A stretch of DNA of 64,000 nt, taken from positions 13,750,418 through 13,814,417 of the forward strand of contig CAVNZM010000001.1 in the NCBI GenBank assembly GCA_963693365.1, read 5' to 3'. Position numbers and translations under genes: made by a program. The number at the start of each line of letters is the position of its first letter. The stretch's first letter is position 1. Source of the stretch: Amoebidium appalachense (taxonomy: Eukaryota; Protista; Ichthyosporea). The notes beneath the pieces were generated by a model. The model did not search any database, was not told the origin of the DNA, and was given only the letters and a program-made list of their open reading frames with translations. This document shows, in pieces, positions 29,856 through 56,413 of this stretch.

Positions 29856-30780
29856 TAAGTAAATTATGTGGCATGTGCCTACCTCAGGCACATATGCACA
29901 TATGCATGGGCCCTGCCTACACAAACATCTGATGAGATTTTTTTTTCCCCTTCTCCCCCCCCACCCTCCCCGCCCCCCTCCCCTCCCCCTTCCTTTGTTG
30001 ACAAATTTCCCGCATCACATACAGTGCTGCTGAATTGGGGGGGGAATGTGCTGTTTATTAATGACATGTAGGTGAGCTGTGATGAGTTGTCGGCACCAAG
30101 GCCAACAGTACTTCCACCCAAGAAGATATGCATGTACAAATCGATGTTACACTTACATGCATCATACAGATTTTCATGTTGATGTGGAGATATGACGTAT
30201 CAGATAGACATCATATGTGGAGATAAACCTCTTTTTTTTTTTTTTGTTTTTTTTTGGATTGCTGGAACCTCAACCCAACGGCACGTGCCGCCTTAGTGCC
30301 ACTGATCTCGTGCAGCAGATCCAATCGATCTTTGATGTAGCAACCGTAAAAGGTGAAGCAGGATTTGCGATGACGGCAGCCCATAGGAAAACCCTCGAAA
30401 AGCTCGTGTCCGCGGGTCACAGCTTGCACCAGGAGGGATATGTCGACCTTAAACACATGCGTAAGAAAGATAGTGTGGGTGAAGTGACGAGTATACGCGA
30501 GCACGGTTATCTCGAGGTAGAAGATAACCCGAAGGGGAACCTCGGAAAATTGGAAAGCAGGTCAATGACTGCAAGTTACATGGACCACATCGATCCGACG
30601 GAGGCTGGAAAAAGAAGGAAGAATTCCGGGGATGTTTCAAACCCCGATGGTGGATACAAGTTTGTGGAGGACGGTGCTGCAAAAGGGCTGCAGGGTTCGA
30701 ATTCGTCGGGGTTGCAGGGGTTGCGAGCGGGGCCGCCCAAGCCTGCGTATGTGAATGTATCAAAAAAATCAAGTTTGTGA
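22601..30780 (+). pseudogene. Disrupted receptor tyrosine kinase: GGA(I/L) beta-helix repeats + Cys-rich TNFR/EGF-like region + TM + tyrosine kinase + Tyr-rich tail
   Basis: Exons at ~22601-23043, 23558-24258, 24929-25241, 26182-26523, 27180-27456, 28287-28546, 29337-29481 and ~30170-30780. Kinase motifs: GAGEFG, CAIK, HRDIAARN, DLG (in place of DFG), VPARWWAPE, DVW, CWNLNPTAR. TM segment IAGMAIGCFLLLLLYVDFAFCFA. Lesions: in-frame TAG at 22921, frameshifts at ~23645, ~23946, ~24060, ~25168 and ~30285, and a ~75-bp insertion at 30182-30256. The 5' end is unresolved; possible further exons lie near 21150-22250. Confidence 0.8.
26851..26966. repeat. Intronic minisatellite, 26-bp unit x ~4.5
   Basis: TCTGGAAACCAGAAATGTATATCTCA repeated in tandem with substitutions. 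Confidence 0.75.
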
Positions 30781-30812
30781 GCATCCCTCTTTCGTTTTCC
30801 TCTATGATAATG

Positions 30813-30847
<35 letters not shown>

Positions 30848-31319
30848 GTTTTGGTTTTTCTATTTTAGATCTTCTCAAGCCCGACTCAAGCCCGACTGAG
30901 AGAACGTTCATTCTCTTCTTCCCCTCCTTCCTTTCTCCTCAATCACCAGCCGTTACTCCATTTCTCTGTGTCAAAATGTTGACAGTAACCCAACCCTTAA
31001 AATCTGCTTCTTTTATGTAAGTTTTTCCATTTGTGTTTTGTTTTGATTTTTTTTTTTTGTCCCGTTTTTTTTTAACCCTGGCCCGGAAGGGGCCTTCCAC
31101 TTGGCCTCGTCATGGTCACGATACCTCCAGGCAGGATGATACGTATACTTACTCCGGCCTAAGATTTTGCTCGTTGGTCTGAGTTTTAGCAAGTGGCTGG
31201 AATTCGCTACATGTATGCCAACTTGAGGCTTTGGGATTAACTCTAAGAAACAAATGTGGATGCCTAGATATGCTTTTCTGCAACACTGCACTCATACCGT
31301 TCCCTCCAATCATTTTTTT

Positions 31320-31368
<49 letters not shown>

Positions 31369-31839
31369 AAAAAGAAAAAAGAAAAAAAAGGCCGTGGTAA
31401 CTTTCAGGGCAACAGACATGTAGTAGGGTAAACCCTCAACTGTTAGTATGTACCGCATAACCCAATTGTCATAGCCAATCAAAGTGTATAACTGTAAAAA
31501 TTAGAATTCACTCATTGTTAAACCATGGTTATCCCAGCCAGCCTGAGTTTGAAACTAAAATTTATCGGTAATCAAAAGCTTAACCAACACTATTCAAAAC
31601 CTTTACAACTGTAAATAAATAAACTAAGTTGTGGAATAAAATAAAAGCTACTCTGAACCCCCCCCCCCTCCTCTCCCCCCTCCCCCCCCCCCCCCCCCCC
31701 CAAAAAAGAAAAAAATGAATAAAATAAAATGAAAATAAAATAAATAAAATAAAAATAAATCATTAAATTGCACGTAGTGCTGATGACGTGATTCGATCTC
31801 ACAGTGATTTCTTACATGTCACCGCAACAATTAACGCTA

Positions 31840-32035
31840 CAATGCTTGGACTGAAAACGGCCACCAATCAGATCAAAGTGAGGCTTTTGCGATATGCCGC
31901 GGCTCGAACTGTAAAATTAATTTTGCTTCGCTCAGATTCCCGGGCGCCGGCCAGGCGTAACATTCAGACCGTCATCCAATCGTATCGCAAGTTCTGCCCT
32001 GTTCTGATTGGAGGCCGTTTTCAGTGCAAGCATTG
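31840..32035. mobile_element. MITE with 33-bp TIRs and TA target-site duplication
   Basis: TA|CAATGCTTGGACTGAAAACGGCCACCAATCAGA ... TCTGATTGGAGGCCGTTTTCAGTGCAAGCATTG|TA, with 2 mismatches between the arms. Confidence 0.8.
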
Positions 32036-32113
32036 TATTCAACCTTCCCTTTTTTTCTTCCTTTTCTTCCTTTTTTTTCCCTGACGTGATGGCGGTGGTG
32101 TTGGTGGTGTGTG

Positions 32114-32147
<34 letters not shown>

Positions 32148-32181
32148 TGGTGGTGGTGGTGGTGGTGGTGGTGGTGGTGGT

Positions 32182-32215
<34 letters not shown>

Positions 32216-32216
<1 letters not shown>

Positions 32217-32547
32217 AAAATGCGCCATAGAGTACGAAGTACACATCCACAAAGAACAAAACAATGCAGACTGCAAACCACACATGATGAGCATGCACAA
32301 CAAGCAGAGCCCATCCTCAGGGGGGGCCAACGTCACCCACCGTGCCCGCTAGAAAGAATTAAAACTTTGGCCCAACGGTTCACCTCGTCGGCGAAACTCA
32401 ACCCACTCTCAGAAACTGCTTCATTTGAACGATTGGTCGGTCACCCGTCCTATTTGGCCTGATCAGAGACGAGCATGTGCAGGGTTACTTATGCGAGCAG
32501 GCAACAGGCAAGGGAAGTGGGAAAGGCCGGGAGTTAGAGTTGCAGCA
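32216..32547. mobile_element. Dispersed repeat family A, copy 2 (inverted relative to copy 1)
   Basis: The reverse complement aligns with 907-1186 at both ends, with indels in the middle. Confidence 0.75.
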
Positions 32548-32588
32548 GGGGCGGGGGGAGGAGGAATACTCGTGTGTGCGTGGGTGTT

Positions 32589-32640
<52 letters not shown>

Positions 32641-33347
32641 AAGCACATGAAGGTAAAAAATAGTCTGTGATGCATATGTATGGCGTCATTTCAGCGGACT
32701 GTAAGGGCCTTGTAGATGGCTCAGTCTTTGAATAACGGAGGGCATAACCACCGAACCATAACCTTTAATGTCCGACGATAATAATTACCATACATGGTAG
32801 CATTTCTTTTGATTTTATTGGCTTTTGGTCGTTAACTCACCATCCAAAGGTGGTAACACCTTATGCCTCCTTGTTAGTCCGTGCAATCTATGCACACGAA
32901 ACAACTACTACCATAACAAGCACAAAAACTGACGGACCACGGAGAGAAATACAGCAAAAGATTGGGCCAAAAACACCAGGAGAAGTGGAGTAAATAAATC
33001 TACAGCTGCTGAAAAATGGGCACCAAAGGAGTCAACCTCGCACCAAAGAAGATTTTTTTTAGATCACAACCAGACTTTCTCAAAGGGGGAGAGGAAGCTG
33101 AACTTGAAAGACAAACCTGTGTACAACGTGTTTTCCTGTCTCAGAGTATGTAACAATAACAGACAAAAACAAAAAAACAAAACAAAACATGTGCATGGTC
33201 TTATTGTTATTTTATTCACGGGTGTGTGTGCACTGGATGTGCCTGCATGTCCCCTTCGTGGATACAAGCACGTACATGTTCGTGTCTGCCTTACTCTTTG
33301 CGGGTGCTAATGCCAAAGCCTGCAACGCTCACATTCGTGTGTGTGCG

Positions 33348-33407
<60 letters not shown>

Positions 33408-33418
33408 TACGTGCGCTT

Positions 33419-35697
33419 CTACAAGAACACCCGTCGAATGGTCGGCCGATCCCATGTAATCTCAAACTTGGTCCGTCCGTCCGCCTTTACATCGCTCACC
33501 ACGCGGAAACCGCGATCCGTCAGAATATCGTTCAGGATTTCAACCTCGCGCGGGCTAACATCTGGGGCACTTACGAAACATTTTCCTGCGATCGTGTGGC
33601 GATCGATCTCGGGGTAGAATATGGACGCAAGGAGGTCAACCATCTTTTTGAAGGGGGCGGGTTCGTTGAGGACGTAGTTGTCTAGACGCTGGACAAGCGC
33701 CTGTGTGTGTGTACGTGTGTGTGTGTTAGGGGCAGCGAGAAGGGGGGGGGGGGGGGGGGGTTAGAGGGTTAGGCAGGAGGCTTTTTGTGTGTGTGTATGT
33801 GGGTGTGTGCAGGGGGGGGGGGGGGGGGGTAGACAGGTTAAGATGTGTGCGTGCACGCAGAACACACTTGAACAGAGCTCGTCATCAGGGGGGTCGCCAT
33901 GCCTCCGCAAAATGTGGGTTTCCACTCTTTACCATCCCTCGAGCGCCCGGGGAGAAAGGGGGGGGGGGGGGGGGGGGGGGGGGAGGGGGGGGGGGGAGTA
34001 ATATGTGTGGGGTCGTGTGTGGTTGTGCATGGTTGACAGACAAGGGGTGGGTATGAATGTGCACGCACACATGCTATGAGGTCAGATGTCAGCCTGTTCA
34101 TGAACTCACCCGCCCACAAATTTGCTCAGACCCTCCCTTTCCATCAGGTAGCACCGCCAGATTACACACGCACACAGAAAGGGGGCCACACACATGTACT
34201 AAGGTCTCACACACACCACACGCGGACACATGCACACAGAGACACACATGCACACGCACACAGTGAGAGTGAGAGGGGAGCGAGAGAAAGAGAAAAAGAG
34301 AGAAAGAGGGACAGGGACAGGGACAGAGAGAGAGAGACAGAGAGAGATACCCTACCTGGCGTGCATGCACGACAATCTCCGATGCGCGGGGAAGCTCCCT
34401 GATCAGGTTGTGTGTGTCTGGGTTCAGCTCGACCCTGCTTTGGTACTCCATCTCTTTCTTGATGTTGTTCTCCACGGCAGTGTACGACCCCTGCATAATT
34501 ATGTCATTGGTATTATATTCTTACACATTAGTGCTATTGTTACTAATATTATGTTATTGTATATATAATTTAGTTCTGTTGTTGTTAAAATTATCATAAT
34601 ATACATTAGTACCATTGCTATCTAAAATTAAATCATGATATACTAGTGCTACTTCTAGTGCTATTGTTGTTGTATCATTGCTATTACCATTGTTGTTGTC
34701 GTTACAGCTCCCCCCCCCCCCCCCCCGTAGAGCTTTGAACCCTTCAGCGCCCCCCCAGGCACACACCCCTCTGTCAGGTCCTCACAACATGTACAGGAGT
34801 ACACCCAGGCTAACCCCCCTCCCCCTCCCCACCCCCTCCAAGCACCCATTTTCTTTTCTCATCTTCCTCAAGTCAAACAGGAAATCCCATTCCCCCCCCC
34901 CCACTCCTCCCTCCCCGGGACCTTTTCCCCCCGGGGTGGAAAACAGAAACATACGCCTTCTCAAACCCACAAAAGTGTAAAGCACACACCACTCCTCCTC
35001 CAGTAACTCCGTGCACACACCAACTCCCCCTCTCCCCCCCCCCCCCCACCAACCCACTCTCCACCCCCCCGTCGCACTGCCACACTCACCCCATCCCCAC
35101 ACACGACCCCCCCTTCTCCCCCCCCCCCCCCACACTCATCAACCTGCACACACTCATCCCCCCCCCCCCCCCCCCAAACCTCAAACCCAAACACCCACCC
35201 ACCCCCACCCCCTTCCCTCCCCCCCCCCCCCCCACCCACACACCCACCTGAGCGTTAATCAGGTTGTACGTGAAGTGCCTGCCCAGCTCCACCAAGGCAT
35301 CATAAGTGCTCTCCTTGAACACTCTGTACCTCTTCTTCGCCAAATCAGGGTCGAAATCCGTATCTCTCTCCGGCTCCAACGTCCCTTCACCTGTTTCCAC
35401 CACTTTCGCATTGTGTTCTCTCGTTTTCACGCCGCGTTTCAACTGGCGCGCAACTGACTCAGCTTGTTCCACATAGAGCACGACGATCCGGAAAATGGGC
35501 CGGGGGAAACTCCCTGGGTTTTCGCGGAACTGATTCATCATCGCGTTGTAGAGCAAACGAACAATGTCTGCCTGAACCTTTGTACGGGGAAACCCGTCCA
35601 CTACAACCCCTGATGCGTACTGGGGATCCTGAAGTTTCTGAAGGAGAGCCTTGACTACCTCCTTGTCTCCTACCATCCCTCCCTGGGCCTGTTTTTT

Positions 35698-35754
<57 letters not shown>

Positions 35755-36393
35755 TGTGTTGAATCGGGGGTGGGCGTGGGTGGGTGGGGGGAGGTAGGGG
35801 TGGGGAGAGGGGCACCGGTCAATAAAATGTACAAGGCAAAACCCACGTGGTGGACCTGGAAATGAGGTGGAAAGGGAAAGAGGGGAAGAAATGTGTGTAA
35901 GCGTGACTGTGACTGTGCAGGCCTAATCTATGTTTATGTGAAGCATATCATAAACGAGAAGGGGAGAGGGGGGCGGGGGGAGAATAGTGAGAGAGAAATA
36001 AGAAAGAGCAAGCGTGGGGACGGGGGGAAGGGAGGGAGAAAGGGAGAGAGAGGGAGTCGGAGAGAGAGAGAGAAGAGGTAAGTCGGAGCAAAAGGTCAGA
36101 GAGTCAGAGAAATTAGATGTAAAGGTGGTGGTTGCGTAAGAAGTGATAAGAGAGAGAACTAGGGAACAATGGAAAGATTAAGGAGAGATTAGAGAGAGAG
36201 GAATACACGGGCAGATACAAACACAGGGAGAGGGGCAAGGGCGGGGCGGGGCGGGGGCGGGGGGGGGGGACCAGGGGACACAGGGCATGAGGTAGAGGGT
36301 GAGGGGAAGGGGAGAGAAAGAGACAGAGATATCAAAGAGGTTTACCATGGAAAAAGGAACAAACTGGGCTGACTGGAGAGCAAAGAGGAAAGT

Positions 36394-36427
<34 letters not shown>

Positions 36428-37549
36428 AAGAAGGGAACAGGGATCAAGAAGCGGATTTCGCGAATTAGCAAAAATGAAACTCGGGGCAGAGCAAAGTGTA
36501 GTAAACTCCAGAAGCGAGTGAGTGAAACACGGATCTACCACACATACACCCACCCACCCACACGACGACGTGATTTTTAAAGTTACACGGCATATATATC
36601 ATACCTTAACGGCGCGTGCCTCGGGGGAGTTAAGGAGGTCGCTCATGACGATGGGCTTGGCCGTGATCGATCGCTCCCTCATAATAAATGCCGTGTTTGT
36701 GCCCTTGCCTGCACCAGGCGCACCCCCAAGCCACAGGATTTCCTTGGGGAACTTGACGGGCTTTCCGGCTTTCTGGCACTGCATGCGGATGTTTTATTAT
36801 TTATTTTATCGTAAATATCTATGTGTTTATTGCTCGGGGAAAGGGGGGTATGGAAGTGCTGGTTCAAAAACCGGAAAGGAGTCTGCGGCGGGGGCAGAGG
36901 CCGGGGGGGGGGGGGGGGGGGGGGGGGGGCTGAGCGAGTGTACGAGGGTGTGCTGGTGGTGGCATGTACTATTCCTCTTCGGCCAGAATTCCGGAGGCCA
37001 CCGCGCGGGGGGGGGGGGGGGGGGGGGGGTGGCGGGTGGGGGGAGGGGGGGAGGAGAGAGGGGGGGGGGGAGAGAGATGGAGGTTAAAATCACTGAATAT
37101 TTGAGTTTTAGAGAGGAGAGCACTGTGAAGTGCAAAGGCCATACAAGGTGCAGGCAACCGGGGCGCCAGGGGGGGAGGACGGGGGGGGAGGAAAAGAGGA
37201 AAAGGGAGGAGTGGAGGGGAAAAGGGGTTAGGTAAGAACGGAGAGATCAATTAAAGTGTTTGAGTTATAAAATAACTGGTAAGGGGGGAGAAGTGTCGGT
37301 GTACGCGGTAATTCTGTTTGTGTGGTACGACAACGTGGCCCGTCAACCGCAAATCAGTGTCGGACAAAGTGTGGCCCAGCAAACTCCAGGCCAGTGCGTG
37401 ACTGGGAGATCTAGGGGCGGAACTGAGTGGGCGAGTAGAAAAGCAAAGAGCGCGGGGAAAAGGAAGGGTTTGGTGGGGTGGGTGGGTGGGTGGGTGGGTG
37501 GGTGGGTGGGGGGGGGGGGGGGGGGGGGGGTTCCCTTCTTTTTTTTTTT

Positions 37550-37580
<31 letters not shown>

Positions 37581-37974
37581 GGGGGGAAGGGGGGAGAGAG
37601 AGAGAGAGAGCGAGTGGTAGAAGTATGCTCTTTTCTTTCCTTCTTACTTTTTTCCGGGAGGGGGGGGGGGGGGGGGGAGAGGAAAGGAAGCCTATAGGTA
37701 CCTGCTCAAGAAGTGCCTTCCACTCCTCAGTGAAGAGGGTGGATGCGGCCACAGACTCCTGCCTGAGTGCATCGTTGCTGGTGCTTGGGGCAGATGGGGC
37801 GGTAGAGTAGGCGCGCATAAAGGGAACACAGACAGAGGCAACACAGACCGTGGCGACGGCTTTCTTGGTCATGTTGGCAGTCATGGCGGCAGCCGTGGGT
37901 GTGCACACGTGTTTGGAAGCACGGGCCAGCATGGCCCCCTCACGGAGAGCCCAGGCCCCTACACGACGCAGCAT
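33419..37974 (-). CDS. adk: Adenylate kinase (long form with C-terminal extension), probable mitochondrial transit peptide
   Basis: Exons 37974-37702, 36778-36605, 35688-35248, 34490-34356 and 33700-33419 (TAG) join in frame. Motifs: P-loop WLGGAPGAGKGT, GGMVGD, VVDGFPRTKVQ, R.RDTD. The N-terminus (MLRRVGAWALREG...RAYST) is Arg/Ala-rich and low in acidic residues. Confidence 0.9.
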
Positions 37975-39232
37975 GGTTGATCCTTTCTTGTATGAGAACA
38001 AGAAGGAAACGACTGAAACGAAAACTCGTCGGGGCCTCGTTTTCAGTGCCCTTCGAAGTTCCGGCGCGCGCGGGCGGCGCGGCTCGGGCCGGCAAAAAAA
38101 CGGACCAATCGGTATTAAACAATGGAGAGGAGGGTAAACAGAAATATAAATGTAGGCACGCACGCAGCTTTCAGTTTCCTGATATGCAGAGCTAAAATTT
38201 AGAGTTTGCACCGGTACACAGAGAAAGTTTAATCAATAGCCTATATATAGATTCGGCAGTAGTGTAGTGCGGCCGCGGCACAACTAGAGTCGGGTTCCCA
38301 GGTGCGAGCTTCCACCCCTTGTGCTGATCAATGAGCCGACCGACGTGAAAAAATTTACACGTCTCGGCTGGAACCGATATTCTCAGGCTAACGCGCGAAT
38401 GAGTGCTATAAACCTGATATTACATAATACCTGTACAACCTATATTGTAGGGTCTCAATATTATACGAATAACTGTGCTATTCTTTAGACCGGGTGGTAA
38501 ATAGAAGACCTCAGATACTTAGTGGCTTCGGAATATTATGACTTTATGAGCCTATGCTCAGTCCACTATACGTTGATTGGACCAATAATCGCCAGCATAT
38601 TTCTCTGAGCTCTTCCTATTGGCTCCGGCTTTAGAGGCTCACAATGTTTACACTGCTTATTTTAGTTAGTGGGACATCACTCCGATTGGTAGTTAGATTT
38701 ACCATTGGTTACGTAATCGGAAAGCGAGAGGGTGACTGCGGCAGCCTGAGCCTCTGACTGTGCACATTGAAAGAAAATTATACAAACATCATACATCACA
38801 TATGCATATACATATCTAGCCGAATAGAGGACCAGTATTGTTGATCATGAAGTTCCAGAGAAACATACGTATGTAAACTTCGGGGTGCGAGGCTCCAAGA
38901 ACAAAAAAGGCATAAATTGCATGATCATGAATGGCAACCGTGACTATGAATTCCAGACACCTGCTGCATGGCCGAGGGGCCGGGGAGCGGGAGGCCCCGA
39001 GGGAGGGAGGGAGGGAGGGAGGGAGGGAGGGAGGGGGGGGGGGGGGGGGGGGGGGGGGGAGGGGGGGAGAGAATGGCATGGGCACCCGTGACTGTATGTA
39101 TATCTATGCTTTATTTCACTGTCCTAGTAGTGAACACGTCAACAGCAGATTCGTCAGCCGGGATATTCCTGTCTGTGTGTGTTTGTTGGCCGGGAGGGGC
39201 CCGGGGGGGGAGGGAGGGAGGGGGGTGGGGGT

Positions 39233-39263
<31 letters not shown>

Positions 39264-40069
39264 GGGGGGGGGGGGTAAGGCCCGGGGGCATGCCATGATT
39301 GAACGCTAGTAGAAGCTGTACATGTACAGTATACTACGTAGGTTAAACTCCTGAGGTTGTCAAAGTCATGAGTAAGTTTTCGTGGCGCAATTGCAACAGA
39401 GACGTACAATGTGCATACAAGGGTTTTCATGAGCATTTTGCATGCTTGTTGATTATTATCTACAGTACTACAGTACAGCATTGCCCTCCAGTTATGTAAA
39501 CGTCAGCCCACGGCAAACTGTAGACTTATTCATTGTGTGTCAGGCGTGTGAGATGGGATCGGGGGACTCAAGGGGGGGGGGGGAGGGGGGAGGCCGGGGT
39601 AGTAAAAATTTCCTGATCCATGTACATACCGATGCCAGTGCAAAAAATTCCTGTGACCTCCCCCCCCCCCCCTCCCCCCCCCCCCCCCCCCCTCTTCCCG
39701 CCAACACACACATACACACAAAAAAGAAAAAAAGAAAAAAAAGAAAAAAAAACCAAAACCACAAATACGTCACTACTACCCCCACACAATAATTGCAAGC
39801 TTTTAAATGATATCGGAAAGACAAAAGGCGCCCCATCCCCGGGCGCCCTTCCATACCCTGGTGGGTGGGTGTTGTTGATGCAGTACAGTTGCGTTGGGTT
39901 TGTATTTGTATTGAGGTGGCAGTGGTGGTGATGGTGTTTTTTAAATTTTATTTTTATTTATTTTTATTTTTTCTTTCGGGTGTGGGTGGAGTGGGTGGGT
40001 GGGTGGGTGGGTGGTGGTGGTGGTGGTGATGGTGATGGTGGTGATGGTGGTGGTGGTGGTGGTGGTGGT

Positions 40070-40111
<42 letters not shown>

Positions 40112-40280
40112 GGGGGGGGGAAAGAGAGAAAATGGTTCGTGTGACTCTGAGAGAGAGAGAGAGAGAGCCTAAAGTAGGAGAGCCCGGGGGGAGAGGGGGG
40201 GGGGGGGGGGGGGGGGGGGAGGGGGGGGTGTGTGTGTGTATGTGTGTGTGTGTGCGTGAGTGTGAGTGAGGGCAGTGTGT

Positions 40281-40327
<47 letters not shown>

Positions 40328-40383
40328 GACTGCTAGCCACGACATTTGAGCCATCATACACGGTCACCGTGCCTACATCCCCT

Positions 40384-43759
<3,376 letters not shown>

Positions 43760-43918
43760 TAAGTGTGTGGAAATGATCAAATATTATAGCATGAATGTAG
43801 GTACATGTCCGTTTGCATTTCTATTCGGGTGTTGTAATATTTGTGTGTAAGGGCGCTTAAGGAGTGGGTGTGGGGCTCAGTGTGCATTTTAGGTGCCCGG
43901 GTGCCGGGACGTATTTCT

Positions 43919-43950
<32 letters not shown>

Positions 43951-43955
43951 ACGTC

Positions 43956-44032
<77 letters not shown>

Positions 44033-44628
44033 CGCCTGTACGCTTTTCAGTATGTACACTTTTTGTTTATTTACAAATAGGTAGGTTATTGTAGTTGTAC
44101 GAGCTCTAAACACTCACAAAGTTGCGTGCCTACTGGCCGCCGCCGCACCCTGGCCGCAAGCGGCCTGACCCCCCCGGCCCACCGGCCGATGCGCCGCCGA
44201 TCAGTTACATTTTAGCCATATATGGTGTATTTATACTTTGTCCTATTGGTCTGTGATGAGTTGTGGCTCAGCAGGCTGATGATGATTGACATAGGACAGA
44301 AGCAGCCAGCCACAAGGCGGCAAGCCTGTGCACACACCAGAACCAGAACCAGAAAAGCAGCCTGTGCACACATCAGAACAAAAAGGATGAAGAGGGGTAG
44401 GATTTCATTTGGCCAAGAGCAGCATCAACACTGAGTTTGAGCACACCTTTATAGCAGCTGTACGCTCAAATTTTTCTGAACCACAGTTATGCGCACAATA
44501 GCCATTTGATTGCTTTCTCCTTTCTCGTGGGAAAGCAAACTCGGACAAGAGTTTTGGGGTGGGGCGGCTTGGGCTTTAACTGGGAGAGAGAGGGGCAGTA
44601 AGGGGTAGGCGGAGGAGACGAATCGAGA

Positions 44629-54587
<9,959 letters not shown>

Positions 54588-55304
54588 ACCCCCCCCCCCC
54601 CCCCCTCCAACCCCCCTGCCCCCCCCCCCCCTTCCCTCCCCCCCCCCCCTCTCTCTCTCTTCAATGCCCTTGCTTCCCTCTAATCCAAAACATACATCTC
54701 CCCCCCCCCCCCCCCCAACCACCCACCCACTCACCCCACCCCACCCTCCACCGCCTATTACTAATTTTTGAACCGCCTTTTTTTGTTGTGGTTTTTGTTG
54801 TTGTTGTTGTTGCGTGATGATTTTGTGGGATGGGATTACTTTACGCAGTTGACCTTCATTTGAACGGTCTGTGTGTGACCATGGCATGCAGTATACCCAC
54901 CAGACAACAACATTAATACACTCGAATTCACAGAGAACGAATGGACTGATTGTGTTGGGTTACCGTAGCATTCTATGCCTTTAGCAAGTTGAAGTTGGAT
55001 AGAAATATTTTGCTTAAGTTGGATAGATATAATTTGCTGAACAGAGCATGCGGCACATGGTGTTACATGGCCGTGTGCTTTTGCACTATGATAATTATAT
55101 ACTTTTTTTTTTTTACGTGTAGTAGATAGTTTGCAATTTTGTATTGACAATGTGCGAATGTTGCTCGATTTCATGCAAACCCAATGATCCGCATACAACT
55201 ACATGAACACACACACATACGCACGCATGAACACACGCACGCACGCACGCACACGCACACCCACACGCACACACCACACACACAAAGATACACACACACA
55301 CACC

Positions 55305-55336
<32 letters not shown>

Positions 55337-55567
55337 CTCACACACTTTTCTTGATAGATACACCTCACGTTCACATACACAAGGAACATATACAGCGCAA
55401 ATTCTAAACATGTGACAGGCTTGTGTTTCACTGAGATGTATGCTAATTTTGAATGCCTAATCTTGAGTTCGGTAGGAGCTATCATTGTGAATTTATAATG
55501 AAACCTTGCATATTTCCGTTTTGTTGGGTTTGCTTGGGCAGGATATCGGAGTTCACACACACTCGAG

Positions 55568-55625
<58 letters not shown>

Positions 55626-55844
55626 GTATCGTACGTGTACGTGTGTGACACGGGTCCGCGAGAATGGCATACATAGGCATTCAGGGTGTTCGTAGGTGTC
55701 TGTATGCTAGCTATCCTTGATTGTGTGCCAAAACGACGCACAAATACACCACTGTGAAGGATCAGCCATGTAGGATATATGCTGATAATCTGAAACTGCA
55801 AATTTGCCATACACACATCATGTGTGTTCCCCCCCCCCCCCCCG

Positions 55845-56413
55845 ACTTGGGCCCTCCCTGAGGATGGGCTCTGCTTATGACGCATACTGCGCGCATGGCT
55901 ATGTTGCATACTTGAATATTTGCCTTTGCATGTGTCCTTCGAGTGTGCGTACTTCGTACCGTGTTCCGCATTCAAACCCCCCCAGTCTTCTTTCAGAGGT
56001 GTCCTTTCAGGACAGACCACTGTGTGGAGACCGCTTTACTTCCATGCAACCGGGCATGGTTGCTCTGTGTCGTGCATCTGTAAGCACATACGCATTTTTC
56101 GCTGCACTGCATTAGTTTGCATACACATATTCACCGTTTTGCTCACCTTGCTTGCATAAGCAACCCTGCTCGTCTTTGATCAAGACGGGTTGACCCTCCC
56201 AAGTTCAGTTGATGCTGCGGTCTGAGTTGGAGAGTCGTATATACGCGGGCTAAGGGGTCGAAACTCAGACGCAATTGATGACTTGGGCCCTCCCTGAGGA
56301 TGGGCTCTGCTTATGACGCATACTGCGCGCATGGCTATGTTGCATACTTGAATATTTGCCTTTGCATGTGTCCTTCGTGTATGCGTACTTCGTACCGTGT
56401 TCCGCATTCAAAC
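55845..56413. mobile_element. Dispersed repeat family A, copies 3 and 4 (partial tandem)
   Basis: 55845-55978 and 56280-56413 form a near-identical ~134-bp direct repeat matching the 3' half of family A. 56150-56200 also matches its 5' half (CTTGCATAAGCAACCCTGCTCGTCTTTGATCA). Confidence 0.75.

Noticed and set aside
32723-32878. Possible degenerate MITE (TAACGGAGGGCATAA ... TTATGCCTCCTTGTTA)
   Set aside because: The inverted match is too short and mismatched to support a call.
38560-38720. Cluster of CCAAT/ATTGG boxes upstream of the adenylate kinase (also near 44245)
   Set aside because: These are plausible promoter elements, but 5-mers cannot be distinguished from chance without TSS data.
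44250-44290. C/D-box snoRNA (GTGATGA...CTGA)
   Set aside because: The boxes are too close together, with no terminal stem and no identifiable rRNA guide.
56215-56320. Hammerhead ribozyme in repeat family A (CTGANGA core, nearby CGAAAC, GTCTGAGTT/AACTCAGAC stem)
   Set aside because: I could not build stem II closing onto GAAA in any copy, and the GAAAC is not conserved in position. An Infernal search with hammerhead models would settle it.
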